Source of the DNA: an uncultured bacterium
GTDB lineage: Bacteria > Abyssobacteria > SURF-5
DNA length: 13,083 nt
Assembly: GCA_964510165.1 (NCBI GenBank)
Contig: CAZEBC010000005.1
Location: 1 to 13,083, forward strand
Reading direction: 5' to 3'
The notes under the pieces were generated by a model. That model saw only the letters and a list, made by a program, of their open reading frames with translations, was not told where the DNA came from and did not search any database. Positions 6,305-13,083 of this stretch are shown here, one piece after another (position 1 is the first letter of the stretch; every line of letters starts with the position of its first letter). A program made the translations under genes and the position numbers.

Positions 6305-7987
6305 ATGATAGAGCATTTCCTTTCCCTCTATCTCCGCACGGTACTCAAACGCTCGTGGAACGAGCTGATGGTCGCCACGCGCGATCCTGCCAGGATGCAA
6401 ACCTCTCGCCTGCTCGATATAATATCCAGGAACACGGACACTGACTTCGGCAGAGCGCACGATTTCGCGGGCATCAGATCGGTCGCCGATTTTCAAGCGC
6501 GCGTCCCCGTCCGGGCGTATGAAGACATTGAACCCTATATCAAGAGAATGCGCCTGGGAGAAAAGCGGGTGCTCACCTGCGAGGATCCCGAGATTTTCGG
6601 ACGCACAAGCGGTACCACCGGAGAGCCGAAATTCATTCCGGTCACGCCCTCGTTTTACGAAGAGTTCTCCAAGATGCAGAAGATGTGGCAGCGAAAGGCG
6701 GTGGTCGATCACAAGGAGATGCTGTGCGGCAAGATTCTCTCGGTGATGTCTCCCGAGGTCGAGGGATACACGGAATCAGGCATCCCGTATGGCGCGATGA
6801 GCGGCTACTCGTACAGGCTCCAATACCCGATTACCCAGGGACTGTATGCGGTGCCTTATGAAGTCATGTGCGTGGGCGATTTCGACTCGAAGTATTACCT
6901 GATTCTCCGGCTGGCGCTCGAACAGCGGGTCGCGATTATTGCTGCCATGAACCCGAGCACCATCCTGCTCCTTATGAAGAAACTGAACACGCATGCGGAG
7001 CAGCTCTGCCGCGACTTGGCGGACGGCGCTATCGGCAGTCGCCTGGACGTCCCAGTTCGCCTTCGCCGACATCTCCGCGAACAACTCCGGCCCAACAAAC
7101 GCCGCGCTCGCGAAATTGAAGCCCTGGCTGAGCGCGGGCCGATTCGGGGGACTGACGTTTGGGAATCGCTCCGCCTCATCATCACATGGCAGGGCGGACC
7201 GGCGAGCTTCTTCCTCAAGGACTTCCCAAAGTATTTTTCGGACATCCCGCTGAGAGACATGGGGCTCATCGCGACCGAGGCTTACTTCTCCATCCCTCTG
7301 TGCTCAAATACGCCTGACGGACTCCTGGCGATAACGGGACACTTCTTTGAATTTTTCGAGGTTGATTCCGAAGGCCGCCGTTCGGATACGCCTTTTGGCT
7401 GTGACCAACTAGAGGTGGGCAAACGTTACTACATCGTTGTCACCACCTCCGGCGGGCTGTACAGATATGATATCTGCGATGTCGTCGAAGTGGTTGATTT
7501 CTACAATAGGACTCCCGTGATTGTATTCAGGCACAAGGGCGGAAACATAACGTCCGTCACCGGCGAGAAACTGACCGAGAGCCAGGTGACTGACGCCATG
7601 CGGGCGGCCGCCTCCGCGATGAGCCAGCCGATCGAGGGCTTCGCATTCGCCCTGAGACTGGGGGACCCTCCGTCATATGTGCTTGCGCTTGAGACTGCGG
7701 AGCGCAATTCAACGGCGCTCGCCCGACTTCTGGCCCGCTTCGAGAGCGAGCTTCGTCTCCGGAATATCGAGTACGTGGCCAAACGTGATTCCGGCCGGCT
7801 GGGCGCGCCGTCGCTCTGTCTGCTTCCGGCGGGCTTCTATGAGCAATTGCGCAAGGCCCGTGTTGCGAGGGGAGTTCCCGACGGCCAGTTTAAGACCCCG
7901 CATCTGCTCTCCGATTTGAGCCAGCTTGGGGAGGTCAGACCGATTGCGGAAATCGAAACGCCAAGGGAAAGCATTACGCAGAAATGA
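6305..7987 (+). CDS. GH3-family (auxin-responsive/JAR1-like) acyl-adenylate-forming enzyme (560 aa)
   Basis: N.DT.FGR.H.F, VPV..YEDI.PYI, P-loop TSGTTGEPKFIP, GLIATE (YxxxE position), GLYRYDI.DVV, TGEKLTE. Confidence 0.93.
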   Translation: MIEHFLSLYLRTVLKRSWNELMVATRDPARMQTSRLLDIISRNTDTDFGRAHDFAGIRSVADFQARVPVRAYEDIEPYIKRMRLGEKRVLTCEDPEIFGRTSGTTGEPKFIPVTPSFYEEFSKMQKMWQRKAVVDHKEMLCGKILSVMSPEVEGYTESGIPYGAMSGYSYRLQYPITQGLYAVPYEVMCVGDFDSKYYLILRLALEQRVAIIAAMNPSTILLLMKKLNTHAEQLCRDLADGAIGSRLDVPVRLRRHLREQLRPNKRRAREIEALAERGPIRGTDVWESLRLIITWQGGPASFFLKDFPKYFSDIPLRDMGLIATEAYFSIPLCSNTPDGLLAITGHFFEFFEVDSEGRRSDTPFGCDQLEVGKRYYIVVTTSGGLYRYDICDVVEVVDFYNRTPVIVFRHKGGNITSVTGEKLTESQVTDAMRAAASAMSQPIEGFAFALRLGDPPSYVLALETAERNSTALARLLARFESELRLRNIEYVAKRDSGRLGAPSLCLLPAGFYEQLRKARVARGVPDGQFKTPHLLSDLSQLGEVRPIAEIETPRESITQK

Positions 7988-9030
7988 ATCCCATTTTTGA
8001 ACAGTTGCGATTCATGAACCGCATTGTCGGGCTGCGGCGTCTTCTGCGGATGCGAAAGAAGCACGCGCTCGGACTCATGTACGCAAGAGGGTACGCGGCG
8101 ACCATGTGTTTCTGGTCGCTGCTCAATACCGGCCTTCTCGATGAACTGCGGGAACGGGGGAACGTCAATATTGCGGACTTTGCGAAGCGGAACGCGCTCG
8201 ACTCGCGGGTTCTCCACTCGATTTGCGAGTATCTGGACGGGATCAGATTGCTGAAATGCTCGAACGGAATCTGCTCGCTCGACAAGAAGGGCATGGTCCT
8301 CATGGATGAGCCGCGCGGGTTGTTCGACCTCCTTTATGGATACGAGCCTGTCATGCGCGACATCGAGGAATTGCTGCGTTCGTCAAAGGTGTACGGACGA
8401 GACATCGAGCGGCGCGGCGCGGCGGTTGCAAAGGGGAGCGGCGAACTGGGGCGGCAACTGCCGTTTCTGGCAGTGCGAGAACTGGTGTTCTCGCATGGAT
8501 TCAGGCGCGTGCTCGACCTTGGGTGCGGCGACCTCGAGTTCTTGTTCCTGCTCTGCGAAAACCCGGACATCTTCTGTTTTGGCGTCGACAAAGATTCTGC
8601 CGCCGTCCAGTATGCGCGGAGCCGCCTTCAGGGAACCGAGTACGAGCGGCGCGTGAGCGTGAGGACCGGCGACATGTTCGAGGTCGAGCAGCTTGCGGCC
8701 GTTTTTCCGGACGTTGACGCCATAACGGCGATCGACGTGTTTCATGAATATCTGTATAAGGGGGATGAAGTGATTGTCAACCTGCTCAGAAACTACAAGA
8801 AGTATTTTCCGAGCGCTCGATTGGTGGTCGCCGAATTCTTCAAGATCCCGCATGTCTGGCTGAGGAGAGTCCCGACAGTCACGCTTGAGCATCATTTGCT
8901 CCACGCGCTTACGAATCAGGTGATTCTGCCCGTTGCGGGATGGATCGAGTTGTTTGAAAAGGGCGGATATTCGGTCGTGGACAAGAAGCTGCTCCATGCT
9001 ATAGGGCATGGCTATTTTGTGTTGGCCTAG
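7984..9030 (+). CDS. Class I SAM-dependent methyltransferase with N-terminal dimerisation domain, MppJ/MrsA-like (348 aa)
   Basis: VLDLGCGD SAM motif, GVD, GDMF, VFHE, LVVAE; ATGA-coupled to GH3. The subfamily call is from recalled similarity and is less certain than the fold. Confidence 0.88.
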   Translation: MNPIFEQLRFMNRIVGLRRLLRMRKKHALGLMYARGYAATMCFWSLLNTGLLDELRERGNVNIADFAKRNALDSRVLHSICEYLDGIRLLKCSNGICSLDKKGMVLMDEPRGLFDLLYGYEPVMRDIEELLRSSKVYGRDIERRGAAVAKGSGELGRQLPFLAVRELVFSHGFRRVLDLGCGDLEFLFLLCENPDIFCFGVDKDSAAVQYARSRLQGTEYERRVSVRTGDMFEVEQLAAVFPDVDAITAIDVFHEYLYKGDEVIVNLLRNYKKYFPSARLVVAEFFKIPHVWLRRVPTVTLEHHLLHALTNQVILPVAGWIELFEKGGYSVVDKKLLHAIGHGYFVLA

Positions 9031-9053
9031 AGGAGTATGGACGGACGCAGAAG

Positions 9054-10151
9054 ATGAATACAGTCGCGATTTATGATGCATGTTATGGAGATGCGGCAGA
9101 GGTCGTCGAGGCGGCCTTCAAAGACTTCGGTGTGGACCTTCGGAACAAGACGGTCCTGATCAAGCCGAACATAATCGGACCTTTCGCGGTCCGAAAGGCG
9201 ATAACGACGCATCCTTCCGTTGTGTCGGCGGTGGTGAAGGCGGTAGAGGTTAGAGGGCCGGCTCGCATCATCGTGGGTGACAATCCGGGGGTGCGCGGCT
9301 ACGGTTCGAACAAAGTGTGCGCCCAGAGGAGCGGCATTTACGAGGTGTGCGAGCCATATTACGTGAATCTGAGTGAAGAGGGAGTGTCGGCCACGAGCAA
9401 TTCCCCTTATACCCAGCGCGTGACGATATCGCGCTCGTTCCTGGAGGCCGACTATTACATCTCGATCCCCAAGTTCAAGACGCATATGCTGACCGTTATT
9501 ACCGGGGCGATCAAGAACAGTTTTGGAATGCTGGTGGGCGGACAGAAGGCGGCGATCCACCGGATGGCGCAGACGTGCGAGACCTTCTCCGAAGCGCTTG
9601 TGGATGTGTTTCAAATCCGCCCGCCCGACCTGGTCGTGATGGACGCCGTGGTCGGGATGGAGGGAAAGGGGCCGTCGTCGGAGGACTTGCGTGACATCGG
9701 CAAGATCATGGTGAGCGACAACGCGGTCGCGATGGACGCCATCATGGCCGTGATGATGGGGCTTGAGCCCGCGCGCGTGCCTATGCTCCGTATCGCTCAC
9801 GAGCGGGGATTGGGCCAGATCGTGCCCGGCAGGATCGAGGCGGTCGGTTCACCCAAACCCATCGAAAACTTCAAACTCCCCTCGAAACTGATGCGCGGGC
9901 CGGCCGGTCATATCATGTGGCGGCTGGTGATGCAGTTGATGACGAGCCGCCCCGTGCCCAACGAGGAGAAATGCACCAAGTGCCGCATGTGCGAGGAGCA
10001 CTGCCCGATGGGCGCGATCAAGTTGAATCCGTACCCTCGGGTCAACCCCGAGCGGTGCATTTCCTGTTTCTGCTGCATGGAGATGTGCCCGAGTCAGGCG
10101 CTTGATGTTACGAAAAAGGTCAAGCGATATCGCGGGCGCTTCAAATATTGA
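9054..10151 (+). CDS. DUF362-domain protein with C-terminal 2x[4Fe-4S] ferredoxin domain (365 aa)
   Basis: VLIKPN, TTHP.VV, PKFKTH..T.ITGAIKN.FG, MEG.GP; CTKCRMCEEHCP and CISCFCCMEMCP. Confidence 0.93.
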   Translation: MNTVAIYDACYGDAAEVVEAAFKDFGVDLRNKTVLIKPNIIGPFAVRKAITTHPSVVSAVVKAVEVRGPARIIVGDNPGVRGYGSNKVCAQRSGIYEVCEPYYVNLSEEGVSATSNSPYTQRVTISRSFLEADYYISIPKFKTHMLTVITGAIKNSFGMLVGGQKAAIHRMAQTCETFSEALVDVFQIRPPDLVVMDAVVGMEGKGPSSEDLRDIGKIMVSDNAVAMDAIMAVMMGLEPARVPMLRIAHERGLGQIVPGRIEAVGSPKPIENFKLPSKLMRGPAGHIMWRLVMQLMTSRPVPNEEKCTKCRMCEEHCPMGAIKLNPYPRVNPERCISCFCCMEMCPSQALDVTKKVKRYRGRFKY

Positions 10152-10195
10152 ACACAGTGCGGTAATCATTTGCGCATTGTCCGTTGTGAAAAAGA

Positions 10196-10254
10196 CGTGT
10201 TTCGTGTTGCGTGTTGTATTCTCAGGTGCAGTGCACGAAACACGGAACACGCAA
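10196..10254. repeat. Two inverted blocks of three tandem heptamers
   Basis: cgtgttt cgtgttg cgtgttg (10196-10216), then cacgaaa cacggaa cacgcaa (10234-10254). Confidence 0.85.
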
Positions 10255-10276
10255 GGTCACTTATGTGGTGTAATTG

Positions 10277-11116
10277 ATGAAACTGGGACAATACGAGGGC
10301 GCTTGCGGTATTCCTCTACACTACCGCCAATGGGGCGGCGCCGACGGCGGCGATGCGCTTATCTACCTTCACGGCATCGAAAGCCATTCGGAATGGTTTG
10401 CCGAATGCGCGGAGAAGATTGAAAGGGCGGACATAACCGTGTATGCTCCGGACCGGCGCGGTTCCGGCCTGAGTGAAGGCGAGAGGGGAGATTGCCGCGA
10501 GTACCGTCAGCTGCTTGAGGACGTGATTCGGTGCGTTGTCATGGTCGGACGATCGCATGGGCGCGTCCATGCCGCCGCGCTCTCGTGGGGCGCCAAGCTC
10601 GCGGCGGCAGCCGAAATGCTGCATCCGGGAACCTTTTGCACAATCACTTTAATCTCGCCCGGCTTTTTCCCGCAAGTGATGCCGGGCGTCGGCGAACGAC
10701 TCTCCATCGCGATTGATTCGCTGGTTCGCCCGCGTTCGCTTCATCCGATCCCGATACGCGACGACATGTTCACGACAAGACAGAAGTATCTGACCTATAT
10801 CGCGCAGGACCCTTTGCGTCTGCGCCGGGTGACGGCACGCTTCTATCTGTCGAGCGTGATGCTGGACAGGTTTTTGAGGGCGAGAAGGTATGAGTGGTCC
10901 GTGCCCACGCAAGTACTGCTTGCCGAGCATGACGCCATCGTTGATAACGACCGCGTTCGGAGGCTGTTCGAATCGCTCAACGCAATGCCCAAGAGGCTCG
11001 CCACGTACGAGGGCTGCAGTCATTCGCTCCAATTCGAGAACCCTGACCGCGTCGCGCATGATATCGTGAACTGGGTTGTTTCGGCGTCCGAGATTAGGCG
11101 ATGTTCGAATACCTGA
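10277..11116 (+). CDS. Alpha/beta-hydrolase, lysophospholipase (Hydrolase_4)-like (279 aa)
   Basis: YLHGIESHSEWF, DRRGSGLS.G.RG, nucleophile elbow ALSWG (AxSxG), Asp in HDAIVD, His in SHSL. TTG at 10274 is an alternative start. Confidence 0.9.
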   Translation: MKLGQYEGACGIPLHYRQWGGADGGDALIYLHGIESHSEWFAECAEKIERADITVYAPDRRGSGLSEGERGDCREYRQLLEDVIRCVVMVGRSHGRVHAAALSWGAKLAAAAEMLHPGTFCTITLISPGFFPQVMPGVGERLSIAIDSLVRPRSLHPIPIRDDMFTTRQKYLTYIAQDPLRLRRVTARFYLSSVMLDRFLRARRYEWSVPTQVLLAEHDAIVDNDRVRRLFESLNAMPKRLATYEGCSHSLQFENPDRVAHDIVNWVVSASEIRRCSNT

Positions 11117-11976
11117 TGTACCTCGCGGCGGACGTCACCGCCTTTATTTTGCCGCTTCGAGCGCTCTACTGGATCGCCAAGCGGATCGCAACCGCTCACC
11201 ATTTCTTCGACCGGAGCGGCAGGGAAGCAGTTCGGAGAAACCTGCGCGTGATAATGGGCGGCGCCGTCGAAGGGCGGGCGCTCGACCGGGCCGTCAGACA
11301 GACCTATTCCAATTTCGCGCTCTATCTTGCCGAATTCTTCGCCATGAGAAAGCTTGACCGTCGGTATTTCGATTCTCACGTGAAGATCGTGGGACTTGAG
11401 AATGTGGACGCCGCCCGCGCGCGCGGCAAGGGAGTCCTTGTCGTCTCCGCCCACTATAGCAATTGGGAGCTTGGACTGGCATATTTTGCATTATGCGGAT
11501 ATCCGGCCTATGGCATCGTCGCTCCTCACACAAATGAGCGGGTGAACAACCTGTTCCTCAAGCCTCGTCTGGCGAAGGGCGTCCGGGTCATCTGGACTAC
11601 GAACGCCATCGAGGAGGGTCACAAGGCGCTTCGTGGCAACGGAGTTCTGTGCATGCTCGGGGACCGCGTTACTACCAAGGGAGGCGTGGAGACCATGTTT
11701 TTCGGGCGGCCGACAACATTTCCCAAGGGGCCTGCCAGGTTCGCGTTGGGAGCGGGAACGCCCGTGGTGACCGCATATATCATTCGGCATCCGGACTACC
11801 GGTTCACCATCACGTTCGACGAGCCGATCTACACCGACACCATGGCGGACGATGAAGAATCCTTGCGGGTGCTCATGGCCGCCTACACGCGCCGGCTCGA
11901 ACAATATATAGGGCGCGATCCCACGCAGTATGGCGTCTTCTACAGGATTTGGAGAGATGCAGATAGTCCATTTTGA
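11101..11976 (+). CDS. Lysophospholipid/glycolipid acyltransferase, LpxL(HtrB)/PatA family (291 aa)
   Basis: GKGVLVVSAHYSNWE (HxxxxE), LGDR, FFGR...FPKGPA.FAL, I..DPTQY; overlaps upstream gene by 16 nt. Confidence 0.92.
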   Translation: MFEYLMYLAADVTAFILPLRALYWIAKRIATAHHFFDRSGREAVRRNLRVIMGGAVEGRALDRAVRQTYSNFALYLAEFFAMRKLDRRYFDSHVKIVGLENVDAARARGKGVLVVSAHYSNWELGLAYFALCGYPAYGIVAPHTNERVNNLFLKPRLAKGVRVIWTTNAIEEGHKALRGNGVLCMLGDRVTTKGGVETMFFGRPTTFPKGPARFALGAGTPVVTAYIIRHPDYRFTITFDEPIYTDTMADDEESLRVLMAAYTRRLEQYIGRDPTQYGVFYRIWRDADSPF

Positions 11977-13083
11977 AGCGTTCAGGATACGAGTTCCTTT
12001 CAAGCGCAAGTACGTCCACGCCGAGGCCGACCGCGAGATGGGCGAAAACATAATCGTCCGTGTGCGCTCGGAAAACTCGATGACGGGCATCGGCGAGACG
12101 ATACCGCGCGAATATCTCACGGGCGAGACGCCCGCCTCCGTGATGACCACTCTGCGCGGCACGTTTGGCCCGCGCCTTGTCGGCGCCAGATTCGGCGGAT
12201 TCGAAGATGTGCTCGACTATCTGTCTGATATGGTCGTCATGAGCCACGAGCGATCGCTCGGCGCGGCCTTCTGCGCGGTCGATCTGGCGATGATCGACCT
12301 CGCGGGAAAGTATTTCCTGCGACCAGCCACCGACGCGGCTGGTGGAGTCAAGAAGAAAAGGATCCATTACACCGGCCCTGTCTCCGGCGAAGGGCAATGG
12401 AGCACCGCTAAGACCGCCCTGAAGCTCAAGCTCGCCCGATTCTCGGAGGTGAAAGTGAAGGTGGGGCTCGACGGAGACGAGGACCGAGTTGCTCTCGCGA
12501 GACGCATCATGGGCCGCAAGGTTGATTTGCGAGTCGACGCCAACTGCGCATGGCGTCCGGAGCGGGCGGTCGAACAAATCTCCAGGCTCAGGCGTTACAA
12601 TATCTCGTCGGTTGAGCAGCCGGTCGGCGGAAAGGATTTCGAGGGACTGCGTTACGTGCGGAACCGCTGCGGGGTGCCCGTCATGGCCGATGAGTCGGTC
12701 TGCACCTTAAGCGACGCCTCACTCCTTGCCGAGATGGGCGCGTGCGACATATTCAATTTGCGCCTCGCCAAGTGCGGCGGCATGACTGGCACGCTCAAGA
12801 TGCTCGAGATGGCGCGCCAATATTCCATTAAGTGCCAACTCGGCTGTCTCGTGGGCGAGACTTCGATTCTCGCGGCGGCAGGACGCCATCTTGCTTTTGC
12901 CGTTCCCGATTTCATACATGTCGAAGGCTCTTACAACCGCTTTCTGTTGAGCGACGATGTGGCGCACCCGCATCTTGGGTTTGGCTTCAACGGTTCCGCC
13001 AGGCCCCTCGAAGGCTACGGCCTCGGCGTTCACCTCGATGAGACGGCCCTTGCCGCGTGCACCCTGGAACGCAAGAGCATTGG
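11957..13083 (+). CDS. Enolase-superfamily enzyme, muconate-lactonising/dipeptide-epimerase subgroup (3'-truncated; not in ORF track)
   Basis: Hand translation from ATG 11957: MQIVHFEAFRIRVPF...GIGETIPREYLTGET...VKVKVG...RVDANCAW...VEQP...MADES...FNLRLAKCGG...GCLVGET...GLGV; no stop before the window end. Confidence 0.92.
   Translation, partial: MQIVHFEAFRIRVPFKRKYVHAEADREMGENIIVRVRSENSMTGIGETIPREYLTGETPASVMTTLRGTFGPRLVGARFGGFEDVLDYLSDMVVMSHERSLGAAFCAVDLAMIDLAGKYFLRPATDAAGGVKKKRIHYTGPVSGEGQWSTAKTALKLKLARFSEVKVKVGLDGDEDRVALARRIMGRKVDLRVDANCAWRPERAVEQISRLRRYNISSVEQPVGGKDFEGLRYVRNRCGVPVMADESVCTLSDASLLAEMGACDIFNLRLAKCGGMTGTLKMLEMARQYSIKCQLGCLVGETSILAAAGRHLAFAVPDFIHVEGSYNRFLLSDDVAHPHLGFGFNGSARPLEGYGLGVHLDETALAACTLERKSI

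Noticed and set aside
6219-6308. Small ORF as RiPP precursor for the radical SAM enzyme
   Set aside because: No leader/core pattern, no RRE, peptidase or transporter nearby, and its sequence is explained by the terminator hairpin.
10196-10254. CRISPR array or H-type pseudoknot
   Set aside because: Units are 7 bp with no spacers and no cas genes; 0-1 nt linkers cannot span 9-11 bp stems.
8383-12915. Long minus-strand ORFs (8383-9081, 9027-9800, 11491-12162, 11873-12577 and others)
   Set aside because: All lie antisense to well-supported plus-strand genes and lack recognisable motifs.

Overview
GC-rich bacterial chromosomal segment; no rRNA, tRNA, CRISPR array or transposase is recognisable. 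Left part (1-2790): the 3' end of a family-4 uracil-DNA glycosylase, a palindromic intergenic repeat, a minus-strand pair (SGNH hydrolase + hypothetical protein), and a divergent Hsp20 gene behind a sigma54-type promoter. Right part (2992 to the window end): nine co-oriented, mostly tightly coupled enzyme genes - esterase, signal-peptide-bearing degenerate nucleotidyltransferase-fold protein, radical SAM enzyme, GH3-family acyl-adenylating ligase, MppJ/MrsA-like methyltransferase, DUF362/ferredoxin protein, lysophospholipase-like hydrolase, LpxL/PatA-family acyltransferase, and an enolase-superfamily enzyme that is absent from the ORF track because it runs off the window. This looks like an uncharacterised lipid/acyl-conjugate biosynthesis or remodelling cluster; its product cannot be determined from sequence. 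All family calls come from motif recognition by eye, not database searches.
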